Assembly (NCBI RefSeq): GCF_006345805.1
Contig: NW_021824874.1
Coordinates: 1-17,980 of the forward strand
DNA: 17,980 nucleotides
Source: Octopus sinensis
Taxonomy: Eukaryota
Direction: 5' to 3'
Shown: piece after piece, positions 1-10,199 of the stretch
Layout of the letters: every line of letters begins with the position of its first letter
Numbering within the stretch: the stretch's first letter is position 1
Program-made: the position numbers and the translations under genes
Notes under the pieces: generated by a model
Told to the model about the DNA's origin: nothing
Seen by the model: only the letters and a program-made list of their open reading frames with translations
Database searches by the model: none

Positions 1-375
1 GTATAACCCTACTGATGAGATCCAAGGGTCATGAGGTGGTTTGAACCGCATGACGGATTAAATCTATCAACCAAGAACAGAAATATTAAATCTTACAGAT
101 TTCAACGAAGTTTTTTTCCATAAAATTTCCATGGTTTATTTGTGCTATGGTAGATGACAGCTGCGCATAGTGACATGTAGTGAAACGAACCCGTAATCAT
201 GTAGTTTCGAATCGACCATCTTAACTGTAGAGCCATCCCTGAATACATCTTAAAAATTAATAGGAAACTGTAACTAAAGACTGCAATGCATTCCATCCAG
301 CACCTCATCATATGCATTATTAATCCAAAATTTAAGAGTGATAATAGCTTATGTATAGTTTTTAAATTTACATAC

Positions 376-511
376 AGGCGCAGGAGTGGCTATGTGTGAG
401 CAGCTTGCTTACCAACCACATGGTTCCGGGTCATCCCACTGCGTGGAACCTTGGGCAAGTGTCTTCTAATATAGCCTGGATTTGGTAGACGAAAACTGAA
501 AGAAGCCCGTC
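376..511 (+). mobile_element. tRNA-derived SINE family B, 5' half (internal deletion of ~24 bp)
   Basis: AGGCGCAGGAGTGGCT...CCACATGGTTCCGG...CCCACTGCGTGG...TTGGGCAAGTGTCTTCT...GGATTTGGTAGACGAAAACTGAAAGAAGCCCGTC aligns with the copies at 11693-11870 and, reverse-complemented, 17154-17551. Degenerate A/B boxes. Confidence 0.9.
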
Positions 512-537
512 ATATATATGTATATAATATATATATA

Positions 538-609
<72 letters not shown>

Positions 610-612
610 TAT
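512..612. repeat. (TA)n microsatellite (internal microsatellite of SINE B)
   Basis: Direct inspection; follows GAAGCCCGTC as in the other family B copies. Confidence 0.95.
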
Positions 613-844
613 GAAGATGGAGTCGAACGACGATTTAACAAATTCCTTTATTCTCGACATATGTCTCGAAGACTGCATATTCCTAATTCCGAAGGAATAA
701 GGGTGCATTATGCCGCCTTCTCATCAGGAAAGACAAGGAACTTGGCATGTAGCTTCAACGGTGTTTTCTAACGTGAATTTGCTACCCGGGTATCGGTTAA
801 CCGAATTATCCATACTAGGATAATTCATTCAACTACTACTCAAT

Positions 845-849
845 TATAT

Positions 850-890
<41 letters not shown>

Positions 891-1008
891 TGTGTGTGTG
901 TGTGTATGTTTGTATGTCTGTTGTTGTCCCCCTTGCATCACTTGACTAAAGGCGGTGCTCCAGCATGGCCGCAGTCAAATGACTGAAACAAGTAAAAGAG
1001 TAAAAGAG
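845..1008 (+). mobile_element. (TA)n(TG)n plus the deleted 3' half of SINE family B
   Basis: TTGTCCCCC...CTAAAGGCGGTGCTCCAGCATGGCCGCAGTCAAATGACTGAAACAAGTAAAAGAGTAAAAGAG matches the reverse complement of 17154-17215; about 100 bp of the core is missing. Confidence 0.85.
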
Positions 1009-1082
1009 ATACATATGAGAAAACTCTGACTACTGCATCACTTATTATTAAATATATATTTATGAAATACATTTAAGGTTAT

Positions 1083-1213
1083 ACATTCATGCACACACAT
1101 ACACATACGCACACACACAAGAACACACACACAAGCACACACACACACACACACACACATTCACACATACACACTCACACACACACACACATTCACACAA
1201 ACACACGCACACG
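1083..1213. repeat. Imperfect (CA)n microsatellite
   Basis: Direct inspection. Confidence 0.95.
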
Positions 1214-1600
1214 TGAGTGGAAGAGTGCTTCTGCTCAATGTGTGAAGTTGCGTTTATATTCAATGGAAAACAGTCAGTGAGTCTGCTTCATCGCAACTCC
1301 GAGTTTTACACTCACGCACGTGGGATAGCAAGGTACGTGGGTGTCGTTCTTTGGAGGATGATACAGAACTGTGAAATCTCGTGGTCAACATAAGTGCGCG
1401 TGTGCGTATGCATGTGTGTACATCTTTATATGCGTGTGTGTGTGTATGAAATAGAAGCAGCACTAGCGTAATCAACATTATCGACCACGCATACCTAACA
1501 TACACGCCCAGCATGATCGCCGGTAGGCTGCGATTTGGTGTGGTAGAGATTGCTCTACATTTCAATTTATTTATCTATCTATCTATGTAGCTAGCTAGCT

Positions 1601-1902
1601 ACACACACACACACACACACACACAAGCACACCACACACACAAACACACACAAGCACACACACACACAAACACAAACACATACGCACACATACACAAACA
1701 CACACACACATACACATACACATACACACACACAAGCCCACACACACACACACACACGCACACACACACACACCACCACACCACAACACACACACACAAA
1801 CACACACACAAACACACACACGCAAACACACACACAAACACACACACACAAACACACACACACACACATAATACACACCACACACACACACACACACACA
1901 CA
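1601..1902. repeat. Imperfect (CA)n microsatellite
   Basis: Direct inspection; explains the CV/HT-rich ORFs. Confidence 0.95.
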
Positions 1903-2189
1903 AAATCCGGCTTTGTTGTTCACAGAGTGCCTTGCATTATTTAGATCCATTTCCATCATGAGTTAAAATTCTTCTTCGCTTTTCCTCCTCCGTCGATGAA
2001 GCGAAGTATCAATGAAATATTTAGGGTCAATAATATCGATTAAACTCCTCCAATAAAATTTGAGGCAGAATGCCACCGTTAGAAGTCAGTGTTAATCAAA
2101 AAACCTGTGTCTAGGTTAACGAATCGTTATCGGAAAACAAGTTGATTTAATCGTGGTTCGACTCTCAGCTGACGCATGCACTCAGTAAT

Positions 2190-2861
2190 ATACATACACA
2201 CACACACACATTCACACAAATACACACACACATATATATATGCACATGTATACATACATACACAGAACACACACGCACATACATAAGTGTGCGCGCACAC
2301 ACAACCACACACATACATATACACACACACACGCACACACACACATGTATATATGCACATATATACATACACACACAGGACACACATGCACATACGTATG
2401 TGCGCGCACACACACAACCGCACACATACACATACATACACATACATACACATACATACACACATGCACACACACACATATATGGACATATATACATACA
2501 CATACAGGACACACACGCACATACATACACACACACACACAACCACACATATACACATACACACGCACACACACACATATATGCACATATATACATACAC
2601 ACACAGGACACACGCACATACGTACGTGCGTGCGCATACACAACCACACAGCCACACACACACACAACCACACAACCACACAACCACACACACACACAAC
2701 CACACACACACACAACCGCACAACCACACAACCACACACACACACAACCACACACACACACAACCGCACAAACACACAACCACACACACACACACAACCG
2801 CACAACCACACAACCACACACACACACAACCACACACACACACAACTGCACAAACACACAA

Positions 2862-2899
<38 letters not shown>

Positions 2900-2917
2900 A
2901 CACACACACACACACAT
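2190..2917. repeat. Compound CA-rich array: four ~100-130 bp higher-order units followed by CACACAAC-type repeats
   Basis: Anchor CAG(G/A)ACACAC at 2263, 2376, 2505 and 2604, each preceded by ATG(C/G)ACAT(A/G)TATACATAC. Confidence 0.9.
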
Positions 2918-3391
2918 ATATAAAACAGAGAGACGGAGTTGTTCTTTAGGAAGACGAGCTACAAGTGAATATATTTTCATAACTGCAAATAGACATGTCG
3001 TCCGTTTCCAAATATGGCATGCCGCCGTGCACTCGATAAACCCCGACTCTGTATTTTTATTAGCCACACACTTGTATTTTAGTTGCAATGCATTCATCTC
3101 TTTGCTCTCTTGTTCACAGCGTGACACCGTTACACACATATAGCCGTGTATTGCACTGGAAACCCCTGCTAATTTAAACTGATGTATTTGTCATTGAGAT
3201 AAAAACACATCATCAAACTGCAACACAGATGGCACCCTCGGTCAAACTCAACCTAATTTAAACTAGCTTGGTCTAGCCCAGTCCTTCTCTCTCTCTCTCT
3301 CTACGCTCCCACCACTCGCTTTCACAATGAAATATTCATAAGCAGCTTTAACATTTCTAAACTTAATTAGCCATGAACGGACAGCTATTTA

Positions 3392-4055
<664 letters not shown>

Positions 4056-4494
4056 GAGAAAAGAGAAACTGAAAGATGGAGAATGAAAGATGGAAAGAAC
4101 GAAAGGTGTCTAAAGCAAGAAAAAAAAATATCAAACTCCAACTAAAACATACCCTTCATTAATTTTAATTGTAGCCTCAAGAGCTACATTTTAATTAATT
4201 GCCTATCTTCTTATAAAACAAGAACAAAACAAGAAAAATAACAAAGGAAGAAAAAATTCAACTTCACTATTTTTCAATTATGCTTTTGAAATTTTCATTT
4301 TATACCGATTCTAAAAGCTAACCTTTCCTATGTCTTTGCTGGTACTTCAATTTATGGAATATATATCAATGAAATTTACTTTAATATATTGGCTTTTTAT
4401 CTTGTTTTTATTTTGTTTTGTTGAATTCTTCATTATGAAATTAAAGGAGTTTTAGAGTTTCGTTGTCGGAATCCAATCATAGACATAGCGCCCG

Positions 4495-4780
4495 ACACAT
4501 ACACACACACAAATACACAAATACACATACACACACACATATATATATGCACATATATACATACACACACAGGACACACACGCACATACATACGTGCGCG
4601 TGCACACACAACCACACACATACACATACACACGCACACATACACACACATATATGCACATATATATACACACACACAGGACACACACGCACACGCACAC
4701 ACAACCACACACAACCACACACAACCACACACATACACATACACACACACGCACACACACACACATACACACACACACAC
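4495..4780. repeat. Second compound CA-rich array with two copies of the same higher-order unit
   Basis: CAGGACACAC anchors at 4570 and 4677 with the same ATGCACATATATA context as 2190-2917. Confidence 0.9.
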
Positions 4781-5039
4781 AGTCAATTCAAATAAGCAAT
4801 CAATTAAAAAATGAATAATAAAGTTAATGGACAACAAGAAGACGAGCACAAGGACTGTATTAACTTGACGCTCGGTAAAAAGAGAGAGTTTGACGTTTCG
4901 AGCATCGCTCTTCGTCGGAAAGAAGAAAAGGAAAAGCCCAAAGGAGGAATGCGTGAGTGTACACACACACACACATATACACACACATGAAGAGAGGAAA
5001 AGAGGGAAGGAGAGGAAGAGAGAGTGTGGGTAATAAATA

Positions 5040-5204
<165 letters not shown>

Positions 5205-5218
5205 GAGGAATGAGATGT

Positions 5219-5259
5219 GACCGCAGTTAAATGACTGAAACAAGTAAAAGATAAGAGAT
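5219..5259 (+). mobile_element. SINE family B 3' tail fragment
   Basis: CCGCAGTTAAATGACTGAAACAAGTAAAAGA matches 969-1000. Confidence 0.7.
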
Positions 5260-5505
5260 ACACACACACACACACACACACGTATATGTTTATATATATT
5301 TACATATGTTTATGATGGGCCGTGGGTATATTTGATAATCACTGGTTACCGAGAATCGCCTCTATTCTTGCAATACACAAGGCAAGACACTGCCTATTTC
5401 AGAAGCCAAATAAACATCCTGTAAAAATACGTCCATTTTTTCTCTATTTCTTTACGTGTCTGAGGATTTCCGTTGTTGAAGTATAAAACTACTGGTCACT
5501 ATGTA

Positions 5506-5602
<97 letters not shown>

Positions 5603-5634
5603 GTCTAGCTAGCTAGATATCTATCTATATATAT
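5506..5634. repeat. (TATC)n array
   Basis: Direct inspection. Confidence 0.95.
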
Positions 5635-5946
5635 CCCCGTGATCACCATGACCGACCAGGCTATCAGATATTGCTACACATCGCTGGTCACAATGCACTT
5701 CGCATTGTTTTAGCCTTCAAATAACGTCACCCCGCTGGCTAAGCGAGCAGGCCAACAGAAGAAAGAGTGAGAGAAAGTTGTGGCGAAAGAGTACAGCAGG
5801 GATCGCCACCCACCCCCTGCCGGAACCTCGTGGAGCTTTAAGTGTTTTTCACTCAATAAACACTCACAACGCCCGGTCTGGGAATCGAAACCGCGATCCT
5901 ACAACCGCGAGTCCACTGCTCTAACCACTGGGCCATTGTGCCTCCA
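5635..5946 (-). mobile_element. tRNA-derived SINE family E, copy 1
   Basis: Minus strand begins TGGAGGCACAATGGCCCAGTGGTTAGAGCAGTGGACTCGCGG...GGTTTCGATTCCCAGACC: Pol III A box (TGGCCCAGTGG) and B box (GGTTTCGATTCC), followed by a non-tRNA body and a simple-repeat tail. Confidence 0.85.
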
Positions 5947-6001
5947 GCTATCTATCTATCTATCTTTCTAGCTAGCTAGCTAGATATCTATCTATATATA
6001 T

Positions 6002-6311
6002 CCCCGTGATCACCATGACGACCAGGCTATCAGATATTGCTACACATCGCTGGTCACAATGCCTTCTCATTGTTTAGCCTTCAAATAACGTCACCCCGCT
6101 GGCTAAGCGAGCAGGCCGACAGAAGAAAGAGTGAGAGAATTTGTGGCGAAAGAGTACAGGCAGGGATCGCCACCCTACCCCCTGCCGGAACCTCGTGGAG
6201 CTTTAAGTGTTTTTCACTCAATAAACACTCACAACGCCCGGTCTGGGAATCGAAACCGCGATCCTACAACCGCGAGTCCACTGCTCTAACCACTGGGCCA
6301 TTGTGCCTCCA
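6002..6311 (-). mobile_element. tRNA-derived SINE family E, copy 2 (tandem duplicate of 5635-5946)
   Basis: Period of 365-367 bp; the right-hand ~140 bp is identical and the left part has several 1-bp indels. Confidence 0.85.
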
Positions 6312-6331
6312 GCTATCTATCTATCTATCTT

Positions 6332-6428
<97 letters not shown>

Positions 6429-6441
6429 ATCTATATATATA
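6312..6441. repeat. (TATC)n array
   Basis: Direct inspection. Confidence 0.95.
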
Positions 6442-7199
6442 TTGAAAATCATCTGAGGAAAATGGAAACTCGAAGTTATGTAGAAGGGAAAGTGTAGCTT
6501 TACATAAATTACTATATAAAATACGATTAATTTTTCCCTCTTTTATTAGTTGTATGTCCAAACACACAAACATGCACATACATACACGTACGTATATATG
6601 TTGCATATAATCACACACACATATACACGTATATCCACAGTTTTTTTTTATTATGTTAGCGATCTGTTCTCGATGAAATATTGCTTTCTCTACAAAAACA
6701 AACTTCCCAGATGTATATCGTTTATATGAGTACATCGACAGTATCCGTCGTTCAACACACTTTCAAATGGATCTTTTTCCTTGTAAGCTATTTTCAGAAT
6801 TCATTATGGAATTAGAGATATTTTAGGAACCGAAATAATGGTACGTCCGTTGTTTGTATATTTTTGTATAGACGTGTCTCCATTGTTGATATTATTATTA
6901 TTATCATTATTATCATTATTATCATTATCATTATTATTATTATTAGTTTGTATTCATCGGAGGAACAAAGGGTCCAGTGAGTTCTTTCCGAAAGAATATG
7001 TTAGGTATAGAGAATCATGTGAATTTATCTGTTATAAGATTTATGCTAGGTTTTATTAGAGAAATCAGAATATTAATATATAAGTATATAAAATGCACGC
7101 GCACGCACACCCACCTAAACACACACACAGACACACACAAACACACAACATACGCATACGCACAACTCACATATAATGTAATATAATCTATAATATATT

Positions 7200-7338
7200 G
7201 GGAGAGTTTACGAAAAAAAACAAAAGACGAAGACAGGTGGTGTAGAAAACAAACATATGTATTAGTATAACGCTCAGGAATAGGAAAAGACTTTTAGGTT
7301 TCGAGCCTACGCTCTTCTACAGAAAGGGACACAGAAAA
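7200..7338 (-). mobile_element. ~140-bp dispersed repeat, probably a Penelope-like element terminal-repeat remnant (copy A)
   Basis: The reverse complement aligns end to end with 8527-8670 (shared GAAGAGCGTAGGCTCGAAAC, TATTCCTGAGCG, CTAATACA, CTTCGTCTTTTG). The Penelope assignment is inferred from the hammerhead-like motif. Confidence 0.6.
7291..7326 (-). ncRNA. Degenerate minimal type I hammerhead-like motif (copy A)
   Basis: Minus strand CUUU-CUGUAGA-A-GAGC(GUAG)GCUC-GAAAC-CUA-AAAG. Helices I and II are intact; the helix III palindrome is broken (ACCU). Confidence 0.4.
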
Positions 7339-7497
7339 CAAAATGTGTGTAGTGGCTAATGATCTATCATGGCGACTATAATATATACCCATACATATGT
7401 ATATACGTATCTGCATCTAGCTATTTTCCTGTGTCTTTCTCCTTCTCTGCGTGTGTATACATTTATATGCACACACATACATACACATACACACGCA

Positions 7498-8304
7498 CTG
7501 GGCATCCGAGTTAAATTTGATACTTTGCATCACAAGTAAAAAAATATAATAATATCACATCCAAAAATAAAATTGTTTAAAAAAAATCTAGATATAATCT
7601 AGATTATTACAGTTTTCACAAAGCTGTTGTGTTCAGCTTTCACTACGGCCTCAAGGGGCTCCGGAACTTGGCACATGCATTCTTCTAACACCTCCTTGAT
7701 CTTGGCCATCAGCTCTGCCTTGGTGTTGCCGGCAGAGCGGTTGGTGTCTTTCCCAACCATGTTCCACTCATAGTAATCCATGGGGTTACAACGGGGAGAT
7801 CTAGGAAGCCAGAAATTCGAGCTGGTATAATCGTAGAAATTCTTCGACAACTACCCCTGGCTCTTTCGGGCAGTATGGCAAGGAACCGAATCCTGGAGCT
7901 ACACATATGGCCTTCCAGCAGCAATCATTGCCACAGTTTCCAGCAGCCTCACACAGCCGTCTGAATTCAGCCTAAGGCTCTGTTCAAAGATCTGGGTCAG
8001 CATGATGTCACCCTCGCCGGTAACACATCCAAAGACCATCAAAGTTTGGGGTAACTTGGTTTTCATGGTACATGGGTTTTCTTGGTAGAACCGTTACAGT
8101 GTTCACAGAGCATTAAGCAGCAGTCATGATGTTGACATTTTGAAATCTGGTGCGAATCTTCATAATACAGGTAACTTCTTTTTCAATATTCAGTTAGCTT
8201 CCAGTCATCCATGTCTGCGAACAATTAACTTTTCACCTATAAATCAAGTTGTTTCCTAAGAAAGGAAAAATAAAGGAATCGTCAAATTCAACCCGAACAC
8301 TCTG
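7498..8304 (-). mobile_element. Internally deleted Tc1/mariner element, maT (DD37D) family
   Basis: Degenerate TIRs: CTGGGCATCCGAGTTAAATTTGAT (7498-7521) vs the reverse complement of 8281-8304 (CAGAGTGTTCGGGTTGAATTTGAC), 15/24 identical, enclosing a transposase remnant. The TA target-site duplication is not preserved. Confidence 0.8.
7599..8212 (-). pseudogene. DD37D (maT) transposase pseudogene
   Basis: Minus strand reads MDDWKLTE...(frameshift)IMKIRTRFQNVNIMTAA*CSVNTV, then a deletion near 8090, then MKTKLPQTLMVFGCVTGEGDIM...LRLNSDG...AAGRPYV*LQDSVPCHT...FWLPRSPRCNPMDYY...NTKAELMAKIKEV. Catalytic D (7890-7892) and D (7776-7778) are separated by exactly 37 codons. In-frame TAG stops at 7899-7901 and 7851-7853. 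Confidence 0.9.
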
Positions 8305-8312
8305 TCTCTCTA

Positions 8313-8314
8313 TG

Positions 8315-8345
<31 letters not shown>

Positions 8346-8384
8346 TGTGTGTGTATGTGTGTGTGTGTTTGTACATATATACAC

Positions 8385-8420
<36 letters not shown>

Positions 8421-8425
8421 TGTGT
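8313..8425. repeat. (TG)n / (AG)n compound microsatellite
   Basis: Direct inspection. Confidence 0.95.
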
Positions 8426-8526
8426 GTCTGTCTAAATTCCATCTTCCTATCCCTTTCTCACTCTTTCTTTCGCTCTTTCTCTATGTTTCTCATATATATT
8501 TCTCTCTTTGTTTCTCTCCGTGTTTC

Positions 8527-8670
8527 TTTTCTGTGTATCTTTCTGTTGAAGAGCGTAGGCTCGAAACGTAAAAGACTTGTTTTATTTATATTCCTGAGCG
8601 CCACACTAATACAATTGTTTCTTTGTACTCCACCTACCTTCGTCTTTTGTATATTTTCATAAAGCTTCCC
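8527..8670 (+). mobile_element. ~140-bp dispersed repeat, probably a Penelope-like element terminal-repeat remnant (copy B)
   Basis: Aligns with the reverse complement of 7200-7338; both end in CCC next to a TA-rich run. Confidence 0.6.
8538..8575 (+). ncRNA. Minimal type I hammerhead ribozyme-like motif (copy B), non-canonical core
   Basis: UCUUU(8538-42)-CUGUUGA(8543-49)-A-GAGC(GUAG)GCUC(8551-62)-GAAA(8563-66)-C-GUA(8568-70)-AAAGA(8571-75). 5-bp helix I, 4-bp helix II, palindromic ACGU helix III, GUA cleavage triplet. A6 is replaced by U. Confidence 0.55.
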
Positions 8671-8671
8671 G

Positions 8672-8672
<1 letters not shown>

Positions 8673-8707
<35 letters not shown>

Positions 8708-8752
8708 GCATGTATGTATATGTACGCACGTGTGTATGTATGTATGTATATA
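8673..8752. repeat. (TA)n / (TATG)n microsatellite
   Basis: Direct inspection. Confidence 0.9.
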
Positions 8753-9106
8753 TGACGGTCTTCCATACAATCTCCGTTCATCAAATTTATTTAAGAAGCA
8801 CTGGTCGACTAAGTGCTTATAGTAAAAGACATCCCAGTTGTCGAGTGATTTTCTGATTTTCTAAATAGCCGAGGTTGCTCCTGCATGTAAAACTATCTCT
8901 AGATATTTTTTTGCCTTCTTTGGATTCGTCATATGCTCATATGACGAATCTGTAATTCCCCAAAAGTTGTTTGCTGCAAAATACGAGTAAAAGCAGTACG
9001 ATATGTATATAAAAAAAGCTTTAAACATTACGTCACTGAGAATATAGGACCAGAAACTTCGTGTAGCGACTGGTATAGGTTTAGTTTCGAATAAGTGCGT
9101 GTGTGC

Positions 9107-9122
9107 GCGCGCCCGTTTGTGC

Positions 9123-9165
<43 letters not shown>

Positions 9166-9200
9166 TCTGTGTGTACGTGTGTGTGCGCGCGCGGGTGTAT
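9107..9200. repeat. (GT/CG)n-(AG)n compound microsatellite
   Basis: Direct inspection. Confidence 0.9.
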
Positions 9201-9232
9201 GTAGCAAACAAAATACCTTAGGGAAGAGATAT

Positions 9233-9790
9233 ATTTCTTTACTACCCACAAGGGGCTAAACATAGAGGAGACAAACAAGGACAGACAAACGGATTAAGTC
9301 GACTACATCGACCCCAGTGCGTAACTGGTACTTATTTAATCGACCCCGAAAGGATGAAAGGCAAAATCGACCTCGGTGGAATTTGAACTCAGAACGCAAA
9401 GACAGACGAAATACCTATTTTTTTACTGTCCACAAGGGGCTAAACATAGAGGAGACAAACAAGGACAGACAAACGGATTAAGTCGACTACATCGACCCCA
9501 GTGCGTAACTGGTACTTATTTAATCGACCCCGAAAGGATGAAAGGCAAAATCGACCTCGGTGGAATTTGAACTCAGAACGCAAAGACAGACGAAATACCT
9601 ATTTTTTTACTGTCCACAAGGGGCTAAACATAGACAAAGACAGACAAACGGATTAAGTCGATTACATCGATCCCAGTGCGTAACTGGTTCTTAATTTATC
9701 GACCCCGAAAGGATGAAAGGCAAAGTCGACCTCGGCGGAATTTGAACCCAGAACGTAAAGACAGACAAAAAACGGCTTCGCATTTCGCCC
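9233..9790 (-). mobile_element. SINE family A head-to-tail trimer (184-bp units), head truncated
   Basis: CACAAGG anchors at 9247, 9431 and 9615. Units 1 and 2 are almost identical; unit 3 has a ~14-bp deletion. B-box-like GAGTTCAAATTCC on the minus strand (GGGTTCAAATTCC in unit 3). Confidence 0.92.
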
Positions 9791-9970
9791 GAGTCATTCA
9801 AAAGAGTCGGAAATAAAGAAATACGCGTGCGCGTGACCTAAAGGACAGTCAGGATTAGCTAGAGCTTCGATAAAAGAAATCAACATACGTGTGTGTATAC
9901 ATAGATGTACATGTGTGCGCACTCGTATTTGTGTCTGTGTATGAGCGTGTGTGTTTCATGCATGTATATA

Positions 9971-10199
9971 TATTTCTTTACTACCCACAAGGGGCTAAAC
10001 ACAGAAGGGACAAGCAAGGACAGACAAAGGGTTTAAGTCGATTACATCTACCCCAGTGCTTAACTGGTACTTAATTTATCGACCCTGTTAGGATGAAAGG
10101 CAAAGTCAACCTCGGCGGAATTTGAACTCGGAACGTAACGACAGACGAAATACGGCTACGCATTTCGCCCGGCGTGCTAACGTTTCTACCAGCTCGCCG
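9971..10199 (-). mobile_element. tRNA-derived SINE family A, near full length
   Basis: Minus strand CGGCGAGCTGGTAGAAACGTTAGCACGCCGGGCGAAATGC...GAGTTCAAATTCCGCCGAGG...GTGGGTAGTAAAGAAATA. Possible 7-bp TSD GTATATA (low complexity). Confidence 0.92.

Noticed and set aside
12-40. CTGATGA-GATCC-AA-GGGTC as a hammerhead core or C/D snoRNA C box
   Set aside because: No GAAA follows the stem (ATGA instead), no helix I/III, and no suitably spaced D box.
102-317. 71-aa minus ORF or a possible terminal exon (alternative frame VFRDGSTVKMVDSKLHDYGFVSLHVTMRSCHLP*)
   Set aside because: No recognisable homology; the ubiquitin-like resemblance is superficial; cannot be linked to other exons.
670-730. Minus-strand CTGATGA-GAAGG...CCTTC-GGAA as a hammerhead
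   Set aside because: GGAA instead of GAAA, and no helix I pairing after any candidate cleavage triplet.
4811-4952. ATG-initiated plus-strand stretch MNNKVNGQQEDEHK...KPKGGM ending at a GTGAGT donor
   Set aside because: Short, purine-rich low complexity, no promoter or homology support.
5635-6311. tRNA genes or CRISPR-like arrays in the SINE heads and multimers
   Set aside because: A/B boxes are present but there is no complete cloverleaf; the tandem units are whole SINE bodies without unique spacers, in a eukaryotic context.
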